A DNA stretch of 64,000 bases, from assembly GCF_947568905.1 (NCBI RefSeq), contig NC_079168.1, positions 46,190,001 to 46,254,000 on the forward strand. Reading direction: 5' to 3'. The notes under the pieces were generated by a model that was not told the DNA's origin, did not search any database, and saw only the letters and a program-made list of their open reading frames with translations. Made by a program: the position numbers and the translations under genes. Shown piece by piece: positions 12,961-26,232 of this stretch. This DNA comes from Ostrea edulis (Eukaryota). Within the stretch, counting starts at the first letter, position 1; every line of letters begins with the position of its first letter.

Positions 12961-15129
12961 TTGTATTGACATCAAATTTTTCAATGTAAGTTATCATTTG
13001 AACAGTCTTTAAAAATGTATTACGTCCAAAAGATATAAAGTATTTTGTATGCCTTTTCCTAATGGCCAGGGTGAACAAAATTAATAGTTTGATATTGACA
13101 TTATTTGTTTATTGAACTCTTTGAACTATCACACGTGGGTTTTGTTGTTGTTTTTTTGGGGGGTGGGTGGGGGTTGTTGTTGTTGTTTTTGTTCGGGGTG
13201 GGGTGGCGGTGGGGTCAGTGCAGTGTCACTCGGCACTGTAAAACGAGTGAAGATAGTTGACCAACTCTTTCAATTCTTTGGTCACCGGTATCAAGCAACT
13301 GTCATGTTAATATTTGATCTCTTCTATATGTAATATAATCTATTCACTTTCTTTTACCAATTGTCCATAATTTAGCACCTCAAAATGGAACAAAAAGTTG
13401 TCAATTTCAAGGTCCTGCGTTATGCTTGGAGTCAAAACCTATACAAACAAAGCAGTGGCTTGAAGAAAATGCAAGAACTGTGCTGATACATATACTGTCC
13501 TTGCATTTTAAAATCCATGTATCTCAAATGATACACATAAATAGCGGTCTAAAACACAAGGCCCATGGACCTGATTATTTGCAATATTTAATGTAAAACA
13601 TAAAATCCCAATTATGATTGCATAATTCAATAATATAACCTACGAGATAAACAATAAGATTGTCTCTTCCTCTGACCAAACGAACATGTTTTTCATAAGA
13701 TGGCTAAAGATAGTTTGTACAAAAAAAGCTAGCACTAAACCTACAGTACACTAAAGTTACAAACGTATTTACGCTACAAATTTACATTTGTATTGTTTTT
13801 GTCTTGCTATTCAATATGTTAGATATATATAATGTCTTTGCCTTTGATATCTATACAAACTGTAATAATAGCCATTTCCTCATGAATGCACTGCAGTGGT
13901 GTGAACAATGCGCGTATGAATCTTGATAAAATGTAGTACATTTATTCTAACGGCTGAGAATTTCGACAGAAATGATAGTAGAATATAAATATAAAAAAAA
14001 TGAATTCCAGTTTTGAAAATACACGAGGGTGAGAACTACAACGTTTCACACCGGCATGCTTTTCATGAAACGCTCACATTTTCAAAATGAAATTTATTTC
14101 TTTTAATATTCCCATCCTGGCTCTGGTGTTCATAGGGTGAAGAAGGTTGAATGTTCATTACATTAGAAAGCTTTCATACATTTCAGTTTTCCAATTTAGT
14201 GGTTTTTGTGAAACAGATTTAAACATCACGCCCTTTAACAAATTCCCTTTCCTCGAAGATATGTTGTGGCTTTGGTTAAAATCTGAAAAGATTACAGACA
14301 GCCGACGGAAAAAGCTTGCTCGAGTTTCAAGCTCAGGCAAGTTAAAAATGCAACATAGACATTGTCCTGAATAAAATGAAAAACAAATTTCCTGTGTTAG
14401 CTCCATGCACGATTCACCGCTATAATGGATAATCAGGTACCGCTTGACCCATTAGAACAAAACCTAGTTAAATTCAATGATACCAATTAAACGATATAGA
14501 TATAAGAGTTTATGATGAAAATTTATCTAGCTAACAAAATGAGAATGGGCCACCAGCCTTCGATCAAAGTTGAAAGGGTTTGTCACACGAAGTATGCATG
14601 TATGTACAGCTAATTAAAGCCCAATTAGTACTATCTATATTGTCCGAGAGAAAGATATCTGAATCTTGGGTAATAGAAACTAAATTAGAATTCATCTTTG
14701 AATAACATAGAAATTTTGATCGGTTAGTTATAAGAAAGGGACAAACACTCTCTTATCGATAGGTATTGATTGGTGTCATTTTCCCAGGAAGCGCGTGAGG
14801 GGAAAACTTTAGAGATAAAACACGAATTTGCATTCCTTGTCAAATAAATGCATGTAATCTCATAACTACGGTTGTGTCACTGGTAGTTATATGCAAGTTG
14901 TTAAAGGTGCAAAATCCCTATAGTAATAATGAGCTGGTATAGCACGTTACCTTGACTTGCAACACTTCCAAACCGGAACACCCAGAGTGTTTAAATAAAG
15001 ATGCTATCTGACGATTTATCTGTAAACCGTTAACAATCCAATATCTAAAATAATCCTAACAACGACATTAGAGCATTTTAATGATTTAACAAAGTGAGGT
15101 AATAGGAAGTTGACATAAACCAACAAACA

Positions 15130-16362
15130 TTAAAATCGATGATGTCTGTCCGGTACATCACGGAGAAAAATCAACTTCTTAAATCGTTTTTGTGCTTTTA
15201 ATTTCATTTTCAAATGTTGATCAGTGTCATCCTGTTCTTTCACACTGTTTCTTTCAGAATGAGAAAATGGTTCCAGTCGAACTAATGGCGTCGCATTTTG
15301 TCCATTCTCCCGACGTAATTTTCGAAACCTTTTCTTGTCGAAGGTTAATAGTTCATCACTAGAAGATTCGTGCTCAGGAATAGCCACGAGCTGAGATTGC
15401 ATATTGATAATGTTTCTTGGGGATTGTTTCGGGGGCGGGGAAGGTAGTGTTCGCTCACTCTTTGCCAATTTCTTTTGTGATGCCACGTCATTTTCTGGAA
15501 TATCATCGAGACCGGGCTTGTTTATCTGCATCCGTTTGGCTCGGCTTGGTCTTTTCTTGAAAGCTTCTACATTTGCTTTGTTAAAGTCCAGACTATCATT
15601 ATTAGTATCAGAATTTTCGGATTCCTGTTCTTTTTCTTGTTCAGAACTCTCTATTGGTGGTAAAGTTACTAAACCACTAAACTCTGTCTGGCCTTTAGGG
15701 GAAGGCGATTCATTAGTGCTTGTAGCTCTGTTGTTTCTAGACGTCTTTCTGTTCCCTGCACCAGCTGAAGGACGGTCTGAAGGTGAAGGACTCTGATTCT
15801 GAACATTTTCCATTTCTAAGTATCTCAACGTGTCCTCTTTATTGCCCTTATTTCTAATACTGAAATCCACTATATCATACAAATCCGACGCGCTCACAAA
15901 ACTAATTTTCACATGATGAGGGTTTTTATTATACCGATCGGGTAGGGACGGGAGAGAAAGTCTGGAAGCTGATTTTGGCTTGTCTCTTCGAGGTTTAGTT
16001 GACTTCGAATTAGCATTCTTGCCTACGAGTTCATCAAACGACGCTGGTCTCCTTCTATTTTTTGTTGAAGGAAACTTTGGAATGTGTTTAGCTCTAACGT
16101 ATAACGGTACTGACTCATGTGACAAAATCCCATCCACTCCAGTTTTTGCGTTTGCAATTTTGCGCATGCGTTCTGTATAAGCCAGCATAGACTCCTTTAG
16201 TCCCCTTTCACGGTTCACCATCCTAGATACAGAAACGTCAAACTCCCTTTCGTAATGCAAAAGCCGCCGGTCGTATTCCTGTTTCAAGCGCGAGATTTGA
16301 GTTGCAGCACGGTTTTCTGTTTGAAAAATTCCAGAACTACTTGAACTAGATGAAGAGGACAT
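15130..16362 (-). CDS. Uncharacterised ~411-aa protein: N-terminal poly-Ser and predicted coiled coil, then a long disordered Ser/Lys/Arg-rich region
   Basis: 1.25-kb open frame in AT-rich DNA; first in-frame ATG at 16362 (MSSSSSSSSSGIFQTENRAATQISRLKQEY...); candidate upstream acceptor ttcttttcag at ~16490-16481 implies a non-coding first exon. Confidence 0.8.
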   Translation of the reverse strand: MSSSSSSSSSGIFQTENRAATQISRLKQEYDRRLLHYEREFDVSVSRMVNRERGLKESMLAYTERMRKIANAKTGVDGILSHESVPLYVRAKHIPKFPSTKNRRRPASFDELVGKNANSKSTKPRRDKPKSASRLSLPSLPDRYNKNPHHVKISFVSASDLYDIVDFSIRNKGNKEDTLRYLEMENVQNQSPSPSDRPSAGAGNRKTSRNNRATSTNESPSPKGQTEFSGLVTLPPIESSEQEKEQESENSDTNNDSLDFNKANVEAFKKRPSRAKRMQINKPGLDDIPENDVASQKKLAKSERTLPSPPPKQSPRNIINMQSQLVAIPEHESSSDELLTFDKKRFRKLRRENGQNATPLVRLEPFSHSERNSVKEQDDTDQHLKMKLKAQKRFKKLIFLRDVPDRHHRF

Positions 16363-19300
16363 GGCCAGAAAAATGACCAATGTTCAAGTGGTGTCTAAAT
16401 CCTTCATTTTACTCTTTTCGCTACTCTGAGTCCAGTATTTTGTATGTTAACAAATCGCTCATCAAATAATCAGATCTGATCTGAAAAGAAATAATGTATG
16501 TTTATGCATAAGCTCATAGATAACAGAAGACATACTTAATTATCTAAGAGAAATAAAGATCGGCAAATATTTCTATTCAGAGATTACAAAACCAGGTATC
16601 CTTTTTCTAAAACTTTAAATGCTTTTTTATTACATTCAAGGTTATGTCTAGCCCTGTATTTGATACAAGTCCGGGTGATGAAGTATATTTCAATGCATGT
16701 TTAATATAATACATGACTGGGGGCCTTATTTATTGGGTGGTGACTGTCTACTTCCCCGTGCTGTTTCACCAACTAATTAGACCACGGAATGCAATTAATT
16801 AATCGTGAGAAAAGTTTGTTCGATATTTCTGAGAAAACCTCTGTAGTTTCTTAATCTTTGCATCTTTCCCATTCATTTGATTAAGAATTCTTTTTTGTGA
16901 TAGGGTCTGGATTCAGTCAACTACTAGTAGATGTGTACAAACTTCCGCAGAGGTATCACAATATTCATTATTCATGACAATACAGTTACACAACTTCGTC
17001 TCTTTGACTAAGTACATCAATGCTCTCTAAGTACTTGCTGATACGATACCTCATCCGGTGGTTTTACTTCATAGAAAAACCTGCAGTTCGAGCTGTATAA
17101 CTTTTCTGAGTAAAATATTTCCCGTTTTTTCTTTGGTTTGGAACTGGGTAAAATGTATTCCAGTAAATTACTAATCAAAATGGATGTTTTGAATTAAGAT
17201 TATTTGTCAAATGACAATTGTTAAAAAATATTATGAGCTTTCTTACAATGAATTAAAAATAATTGTATTCAAGGATGTGAAATGCAGATGCGTTCGTGAT
17301 GTGAAATGTTTGACATGAAGTCAATTCTTGGACATTTTAATTTTTTTTTTTTTACATGATCGAGACCAAAGCAACAAAAAGCAATAGATGAATGTATATA
17401 CCCAGGTAGTAATTTACAGGGACTGACACATTCAAAACATTTACTCAAAGTTAAAGCTCAGTGAGGTCCAAAACACAGTGACATCCAGTCCAATTTTTGT
17501 ATAAACAATGTGTTTTATTTTCCTAAAAGCATTAAATCCGCCTTAACATTAAAATTCAATCGAATAAAAGCCGCTAGATGTGTCAAGTAGACTCTCAAAT
17601 TTCTAGTGTTTAAACTCTCGAGATTTCAAGACAAGTCGGAGAAAGATTTCAAATCATGAAAATATACTCATACGATGCCTTACAATAAAGGACAACGGGG
17701 GGAATTTTAAAACTTGATTATCTCTATAGAACTGTGGGGAAAGACAGTGTTATGAAATGTTGGAATATTAACCCTACTTGTACGTAATGTATTCCAGTGC
17801 CTGTCATAATTACGACTATGTCATAATGACCATTAATTGGCACCAGACTTCCAGAAGCTTTTGTTACACATACAGTATATATCTCTATTCAAGTGCTTCT
17901 TCGTCTAAATCTACAATTGGCCATGTAATGATCCTTCATGCATTTTTAAAAGGTAAATGTCCACCTCGTATTTTAACGATGAAATTATTCTAGGTATACT
18001 CATTTGAAGCCCATAAAATTTAAAATTCTTCCCTCGCCTGATTTGCGCAATTGTTTGAGTTTCCCCAATTTCAGAATGGGAAAATGATATTTAATCCCAT
18101 AGAACTTCGCCTATAAAACAGAAATTTGCTACTTGTATCCACTATTTTATGGGTATTGATTTTTTTCGATCTGTACTTTAATTGAATGCCTATATATTTA
18201 CTTTAAATTCTCTAAATGTAATTTATAGTGAAATGCGCCAAACACCTTTTGGTAAAAATCGTGTTTGTATCCACATGAGCCCGAACAATGTAAATAAAAC
18301 TATTGTTAAATGTGGGGGAAACTAACAGTAAACGAGAATAAGTCATATACAAATAAGACAGGTTACAGTGACGGAATGACTGGTGTTTATCTATGATACG
18401 TGTAGATTCTTTGCACTGTAAGAAAGGTACCCGGAATCAAAATTTAAAAAAAATATTTAGACAGTTTAGTTTGAAGGCTTATCGTGTACTTACCGACGTG
18501 TTTTAACAGTTATTTTAGTGTAATATTTATAGTACTAACACTCGAATTTTTATCTGGATTTCGTTCTATTCTAGATTTTAGAGCATGGGATGAGCATTGG
18601 TGATATTTGAATTAAGACTGCGGTAGATATTATCATTCAGCTTCTTTAAAAAAAAAAATTTCATTTTCATTCTAGTTTTTTGAAGGAGGGGGGTGTCATC
18701 ATGTTTTTTCCCTTCTTGAAAAGATAAATGTATAAATAAAACGAAAACCAGAATTCTCTTTTTATAATGTGTGATAATTGATTGCTTCGCATAGTCTGAA
18801 TTAAAAATTCTGTATAGAGAATATCAAAGTGGCGAAACGATCCTTTATTCATTTTAAATATGTCTGATATTAAACTTGGTTAAATGAAGCGCGACAAAGT
18901 CTATCACCGTCTCTTTAAGAACAACAAAGATATTTTCATGTGTCTGTAGCTAAGTCTTCAACACGGAATGGTGACGATTTTTTGAAATTTGAACTACAAT
19001 TTTACAGGAGATACTCTGAATCACTTACCTTATTCCGAAATCTTCCGACACATGTTACATAGCGATAGAAGAAAAACATTTAAACTCTTCTGAATATGTA
19101 GAAATATACATATCGATACAAACTCTTAATTATTCGCAACTATTGTGTGTTCACTGTCAAGAACCTGGTGTCTTTAAAATACATTTAAAGAACTGGTGAT
19201 TGTATACACAACAGATTTGAGAGAGATAAATACCTCTAGATAAGAAATGCGCCCACTGTCATCAAATCTCCTGTAGCTTGAATATTCAAATCGAGTCCAC

Positions 19301-19974
19301 CGCGATCCGATATCGTGTAGGGTATCGACCAAGCACAAGCATACACGCTGATCTAAAGATAGACCCATTTGATACGTACATGTAGGCCTCTGAAATATTG
19401 ACCTGTACTTCCTTAGAAAAGAGCAATCAAGTTGAAGTTAAGTCTTCCATGTTGTTATGATGCTGGTTAAAGGCTTCACTGGCTTCAGAGGTCTTGACAC
19501 ATTCTGTGGAACCAAGGAAGTAGAAAATTCGCATGATGGAAGTAATAAAAACTCATTAATCGATAAGATGCTTAATTTTTTAAAAGCTTCTATTGAATCT
19601 TAAGTGATTTAAGAAATCTTTAAAAAGTTTGCTGCATGCCTGTAACTGAGTATTTGTTGAAAAGTGCAATTAATTAGTTTTACAAAATTGAAATTGCATG
19701 TAAGTTGGTATTAAGTTAAAGGAGCTAAATGATGAGCGGTGACGGATAGGAAAAGAGAGTTTTTTCATTGCTGTATGTTTCCAATGTGTCAAGAGAAGCT
19801 ACGTGACGTAGGTCGTGGGCCTTGGACGCGTCAAACGTTAATAAAATAAGTAGAGACAACTCCCTCGCTTAACGCTCAGTATTAACACATGGAACTCATG
19901 GGTCTCTGGGACGAGACCCTAAACATGGCAGGCGTTGGCGCGATAAAGAACACTTGACAAAGCACATTGTTCTC

Positions 19975-20145
19975 GTGCAGACTGACAAAGCACAGAGAGT
20001 TCTAGTGCAGACTGACAAAGCACAGAGAGTTCTAGTGCAGACTGATAAAGCACAGAGAGTTCTAGTGCAGACTGACAAAGCACAGAGAGTTCTAGAGCAG
20101 TATGACAAAGCACAAAGAGGTCTAGTGCAGTATAACAAAGCACTG
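19975..20145. repeat. 30-bp tandem repeat (gttctagtgcagactgacaaagcacagaga)n, ~5 copies
   Basis: Direct periodicity; explains ORFs 19896-20172. Confidence 0.93.
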
Positions 20146-20932
20146 ATTCAGGATTTCAAGCTAGACCACTGATTCAGGTTGAAATCATAGTCTTATACCT
20201 GATCTCTCTACACCGTGACAAGTGCGTCATGGAATATGCAGCAGATCAGAACGCCATGTGTACTGAAAAACGTTATAAATTTCTTATATATACATGTACA
20301 TAGATGCAATGATATTTACTATATTCTTTGATTTTATGATTTCTCAATTGACATAAAAGATAAAATTAACGGAAAATGGACAAATGATATGATAAAATAT
20401 GCGCATAACAGATTTTCTTTCAAATATCATCGATAAAAATTAAGTACATATATTATATCATCAATTTATAAACTGACATGTCCGATATTAATTTATTTTT
20501 TTTTACAATTTTTTTTTTTTTTTTTTTAAATTTTTATTATTATTATTATTATATATTTTTTTAATGAATTTTAATTAGACCTACTGTAAGTTAGTAATTT
20601 TTCATTGATATATTTTTCTGTACATAAATTGTTAAATCTTTGAATTGTTTGTGATTGATTTCTACTGACTTCGGGTTATTTACAATGCTTGCAAATCCCA
20701 AAGGGTTTTCAACCCAAAATGAAAGTTTTGTATGATAAAGATGCCAAGAACAGAGATTTAAACCTTTTTAAAGTTAATACAATCCTCGACTTTCATGTAA
20801 AACCACACTACATGTAAGTAATAGAGTCCCACTAAGGGACAGTACTTGTAGTTTGGTTTTCCTCAACAGAGGTCGTGGACTCCTTAGATAAGATCTTGGT
20901 GACTTGTACAGTCGTGTTCTTATCGTGCCAAT

Positions 20933-23900
20933 ATGAAGCTTCACTTGCAAACTTTTGTGTTGTTTTTATGCTGTATTGCAATAACACACGGGATAAGACG
21001 GTAACATTTGATAATTATGCATTTATTCATTATAACTGCTCCAATCTTTTTTAAAAATATTATTATTATTTTATTCATTTATAAAGCGCAAAATTACATA
21101 TAGTTTCTATGCGCTGTACAATGTTTGTGCTGATAATCAATGATGATATACTAATAAAAGACCTGCAAGAACTATAAAGGAAATGATAAAACAATAGAAA
21201 GAATTTAAATAGAACATGGTTGTAAAATGACGAAGTGGTTGACTTTGACTTGACAAGATACAATTGGCATACAGGTATTCGTATGCTGTATCAAAATTCA
21301 GTTTGCAAGAGCACATATTGATGTGCTGACGAATTTTGTATAAATGGATGGATGTATATTGTTAGGCCTATGTTCGGTGCTAACGAACTTTGAGCAGGGA
21401 GGGATCTTTATCGTGCCACACTTGCTGTGACACAGGGCCTCGGGTTTATGGTCTCATCCGAAGGACCACACCATTTAGTCGCCTCTTACGACAAGCAGGG
21501 GGTACTGAGGACCTATTCTAACCCGGATCCCCACGGAAAGCCTTTTGCATGAAAAGTGAAAATAACGAACTGTGATCAATCTCATAACTCTTATAAACAA
21601 TACAAAATAGAGACCCTGTCGAGCGGTCAGGGACGAAAGGGCATCTAGGATCAAATATAAGACTCAGGCTCGTCATGGGATGCAGATTATTCAAATAAAT
21701 TTGTGATAAAAGGTCAAAGGTCAAGCGAATTGGACTTTGATATAGAAAAATAGTTTCAGGACCATGTTTCACCTGAAGTTACCATGCTTTTACATGCAGA
21801 CTTGCCATATGATACCTATTGATTTTACATCTTTCAGATGTACCTAGTTTTATCTGTGTTCTGCGAGGGACTAGCCCCGTTATAACAACTTTAGTTTATA
21901 AGAACATGAATATTCATTATAAATAGTTATTGATGATAATAAGAAATATAAAAGAATATGAACAGAGCAAATATAGTATCAAAAGTCTTGTGTTTCTACC
22001 AAGAACGCAAAAATCCAATTTCTGTATATACCGGTATCCATAATTGTTTTTTTTTTTTAATTTCCTCATGTTTTTCTGTATTTCCATAATTATACAATGT
22101 AGTATATCATATCTATCATATGTTACAGGTAAAATTAGTATGATGATAATGTTTTTAAGAGATACTTAGAGATAGTGTATGATCTATTAAAATGGATGTT
22201 GGGTTTGCTTCTCAGAAAGAGAGAATGGTGTAGACCGGTGGAGACGGACACGCAGTGTCACAGTGGTATCTTTGGAAACTTGTGTCACATGCAAGATGAC
22301 ATGTGCTGTTGCCCGCCCATTTATCCAGGTATGGACTTCAAATCCCAGAATCTCTTACATGTATTTTCAGGTTTTTACATTTTATTTTGCATGACATTTG
22401 TTTAAAAAAATCCGAAACTATTAAGTCAAGAGCAAGAATGTGAAGCATCTTGGAGATTAAGGGTTTTATTCTTAATATTTTTACGTTGACTGTGAAGTAA
22501 GATCAAGGATTTTATTTTAAATACTTTTACATTGACTGTGAGGTAAGGTCAAGGATTTTATTTTGGATACTTTTACATTGACTGTGAGGTATGGTCAAGG
22601 ATTTTATTTTCAATACTTTTACATAGACTGTGAGTTAAGGTCATTTTACAATCCTCGGTTTAATGTTCTAACATTTCTTGCAATTGACACCCATGTCCAT
22701 GTCTCCAAGAAACAGTTTATTTTGCCTTAACGACCCTAAGAAAATACTTCATTACTGGTAATATATTGGTTAATCAATTCCAATAAGCCCAGGTCACCCA
22801 GAACGACCTTGGCTATGGAATTTTTGCCCTTAAATGAAGGTAGTCTACAAGCACGGATTATCAGCCAGGTTTGAAGTATGTTGGAAGTGCCGTAGCATTT
22901 TTTTTTTTAATCAAATCAACGCCTGGCTGCCGTATTACGGGACCTCCGCTTTAAGATCTCATCCAAGGACCCGAAACTCTCAAATCTAAACACAGAGGGT
23001 TTGGCGACTACCTATTTTTACGTCTAGGGTTTGACATGATTTGTGAAATTCACATGCAAGCATCCTAATGAGATGTAGATTTATTCACGTATGCTCACAC
23101 TATGGCTCCTGGGTCTATTGGCTCTCATTACTGAGTGTTAACATTTTAAATAAGAATAATTTAGGCAATTTTTCAATGATCTATCTATGACGATAATGAA
23201 AGGTGAAGATGACGAACAGTGATCAGTCTCATAACTCCTATATGTAAAACTTATACGGTACCAATTTTGATGCACCAGATGCGCATTTCGACAAATAACG
23301 CCTCTTCAGTGATGCTCAAGCCGAAATTTTGGAAATTCGAAATAACAATAAACTTGTAAGAGCTAAAAGGAAAACCAGAGTGCCAAAAACTATATGCAAT
23401 GCAAAATAGATAGTTGGACAAATACGGACCCCTGGATACACCAGAGGTGGCATCAGGTACCTAGGAGGAGTAAGCATCACCTGTCGACCGGTCACGTCCG
23501 CCGTGAGCCCTATATCTTAATCAGGTAAACGGAGTTATCTGTAGTTAAAATCAGTGTTTCAAGAACGGTATGAAACACGTCAGACAGCATTTGACCCAAT
23601 GATAGGGTGTATTGGCAAACTAGATTGTTATAACGACCATAGAATTTGCGAAATGCTGACTTTAAACGAGACTGTTCAAACCCCTGCACTATCAACTTGT
23701 TTTTCGGTAACCTGCCTCGATTTAAAAACTGACCATAAGCAGAATAAGCTCTTGCTTATCGAATCAGTTGAGAGGTATAAACACCATATGCAGGTGATAA
23801 TGGAATATTGCTACATAAATATGGGAAGTTGACGATGGAGAAGCTGAAATCATCCCGTTTGTCATAAAGTAGAGTTGTTAGTTTAACGTAAATATCTACT

Positions 23901-24568
23901 TTCAATAAAATATCTAAGTATGAAGCAGAAGTGGACGACCCTGTGGTGTCTTTGATTTCGAGTTCACAGGGATATATTGAATCGACATATGAATGAAAGT
24001 TATTATTGTTAATAGAGAAAACGATACACCTAATGTCGAATTGAAGGCCACAGCAAGAGATTTTTTTCTTATCACGTAGAAGGTTTTGAATAAATTGATA
24101 ATATATCAAATTAATATGCAAATATACTCATCTTGTTTATAGTATTTGAAAGAAATATTAAAACATCTTCTTGTAACGTGGGTGTTTAAAGAAATTCACA
24201 CGGGATTGAATGTTTTACATGGGGAGATTGAGTGTAGTGACCTTTGGGTCTCTTGTTCTATATAAGCAATATATGTACCAATTTATTTTCTATCCATTTT
24301 TTTGTGGGCGTATATTTGTGAGAAGACTCGAACTTTACAATATTTCGGAACACTTTTGGTGTAATATCTATCTGCCCGTGGGTATCCGGGTTAGAATAGG
24401 TCCTCAGTACCCCCTTGCTTGTCGTAGAAGGCGACTTAATTGGGCGGTCCTTAGGATGAGACCGTAAAAACCGAGGTCCCATGTCACAGTAGGTGTGGCA
24501 CGATAAAGACCCCTCCCTGCTCAAAGGCCGTAAGCGCCGAGCATAGGCCTAAATTTTGCAGCCCTTCA

Positions 24569-24600
<32 letters not shown>

Positions 24601-24821
24601 TATTCTCGAGGGACGTTAAAAAATATTCAATCAATCAATCTTTCTATCTGTATATCTATCTATCCTCACTGACAGGAAAAAGAGAGACAGGACACTGTGC
24701 CATGGTGTGGGATTGGAATTGCCCCCCTCACTGTAGAATGGTGACGGATTGTCAGACAAGATGCCACATGGCGGGACAGTACTGCTGCTGGTGCACCTCA
24801 TCAACTTCACAGCTTAGTTAA
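20933..24821 (+). CDS. Secreted two-peptide Cys-rich precursor A (108 aa), 3 coding exons
   Basis: Exons 20933-21000, 22216-22328, 24676-24821; all GT-AG, phases 2 and 1, frame continuous. Protein: MKLHLQTFVLFLCCIAITHG-IRRKR-EWCRPVETDTQCHSGIFGNLCHMQDDMCCCPPIYP-GKR-ETGHCAMVWDWNCPPHCRMVTDCQTRCHMAGQYCCWCTSSTSQLS*. aataaa at ~24935. The paralog at 30854 has the same exon phases. Confidence 0.88.
21364..21535 (-). mobile_element. SINE (V-domain-like) copy in intron 1 of precursor A
   Basis: Reverse complement of the 5887-6060 sequence. Confidence 0.8.
22480..22645. repeat. 46-bp tandem repeat, ~3.5 copies
   Basis: tacttttacattgactgtgaggtaaggtcaaggattttattttgga; unit starts at 22522 and 22568. 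Confidence 0.85.
23196..24121 (-). mobile_element. Penelope-like retroelement, 3' portion (RT C-terminal region), degenerate
   Basis: ORF 23756-24121: ...ELEIKDTTGSSTSASYLDILL...LYDKRDDFSFSIVNFPYLCSNIPLSPAYGVY.SQLIR, typical of PLE RT C-termini; 3' end ...ttcgtcatcttcacctttc; further copies at 27050-27312 and 27960-28395. Confidence 0.8.
23272..23315 (-). ncRNA. Minimal type I hammerhead ribozyme (PLE-associated)
   Basis: Minus strand GCAUCA-CUGAAGA-GGC(guuauuu)GUC-GAA-AUGCGCAU-C-UGGUGC: intact core, stem I 6 bp (one G-U), stem II 3 bp, palindromic stem III, AUC cleavage triplet. Confidence 0.75.
24375..24640 (+). mobile_element. SINE (V-domain-like) copy ending ~35 nt before the exon 3 acceptor of precursor A
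   Basis: Near-identical to 5887-6147; (caat)n tail. Confidence 0.85.
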
Positions 24822-25059
24822 AGCACAGTACTGCTGCTGGTGCACCTCATCAACTTCACAGCTTAGTTAAAGCAACTTACCTATATTTACTAAACTACTA
24901 GGGAACATGCATACATTTTGAATATTTTTTTCGAAAATAAATCATTATGTATTCAATTTAGTTCACATCCCTTTTTCAAAATGAACATTTCACAGTAATC
25001 GACGTTATTCAATCTAGTTGAAGCAAGGTGTTTTGTGGAGGGGAGGGGGTGGTATTTAC

Positions 25060-25288
25060 TTTTATATGCCCCCGCAATCGGATATTTCGGGGCATATAGT
25101 TTTTGGTATGTCCGTCTGTTTGTCTGTTCGTCCGTTAAAACTATAACCTTGCCATTACTTTTGAATAGTTGGTGATTTAGGGCTTTCATATTTCACAAAA
25201 GTACTCCTTTTGACAAGTCCTTTCCTTAGGGACCAGAATTGCTTTGCTGCTTTACAGGGGCATCAGTGTTTGACGGACCATCTTGTTT
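25060..25288. mobile_element. Short HINE/Helentron-type element, opposite orientation to 11459-12960
   Basis: ttttatatgcccc..ggggcatata hairpin, then a (gtcc/gtct) microsatellite, ending catcttgttt. Confidence 0.65.
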
Positions 25289-25639
25289 TAAAATTGTACA
25301 TGGAAGTCATAAAGTAGCTACGAGCCACAACTTTTTTATTAGATATACAATACATGGTATGCACCTTTTGTATGACATCATAATTATTTAGATATCTATT
25401 GATCTTCAAAGGTGTTTGAATAAAAACTTTACGCTATAATATACTGGTATATACCGATAAAAAAACCCCAAATAGCATAATTAAATTTCATATTCATTTT
25501 AAGATGAGAAAATACTTAATAAATGATTTATTCATAACACAAAAATGATGTAAACGCTGGTTTAATGATCAAAGTATCACCACCACTAATGAAAATTACA
25601 GTCATTAACAGCTCAAGGTCACCCGATTTCAATAGCTCA

Positions 25640-26010
25640 CTATCATTTATCTATCCCCACCCCCAGCGCCAATGACTGCCTGACAATGTCTTCGAATGGA
25701 CGCAATAATGAGTCTCTAAAATTGTCTAGGGATGTTCTACTTCAACTGCAGAGCTTGGGTCGTTGTTGTAGAGTCTGACGCTGCGGTTGTCTTTGGCGGA
25801 TGCGCTTAACCAGTTTGTCCAATGCACTTTCGATAGGGTTCAAATTTGGTGATTTGGATGGCCAAGGAAGAACCTGGATATTGTGTCTTTGCAGAACATC
25901 ACGTTAGACGAGCAGTATGTGGTCTGATGTTGTCATGTTGGAGTACTAATCCGGGATGCTGCATTATTAGAACCACATGCCGCTATATCACTTCATCAAT
26001 ATTAAAACAT
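25640..26010 (-). pseudogene. Tc1/mariner transposase fragment (C-terminal DDE region), frameshifted
   Basis: Minus strand reads QHDNIRPHTARL...LQRHNIQVLPWPSKSPNLNPIE, the Tc1 QxDNxxxH and WPxxSPDLNPIE motifs. Confidence 0.85.
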
Positions 26011-26232
26011 GTAATTAAAATTCACAAAAGAACTATTCATCTGTGAATAAAATTGCAAAAATTACTCGTACATGTAAGTTTTGCATGGAGTATGGATTTC
26101 AATCATAGAAAATAAAAATGGTTTACCATGTTGGTCACAACTTGAAAGATACAGACCAGAATTTAACTAAAGTCTAAACACATCTTTAATAATTTGATAG
26201 TTTGCCATTACAACCCATCATTGGGTTAAATG

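Noticed and set aside
15404-16180. Plus-strand ORFs of 130 aa and 66 aa
   Set aside because: Antisense shadows of the 411-aa minus-strand CDS.
19975-24873. Short direct-repeat arrays considered as CRISPR-like
   Set aside because: Head-to-tail repeats with no unique spacers, a eukaryotic context and no cas genes.
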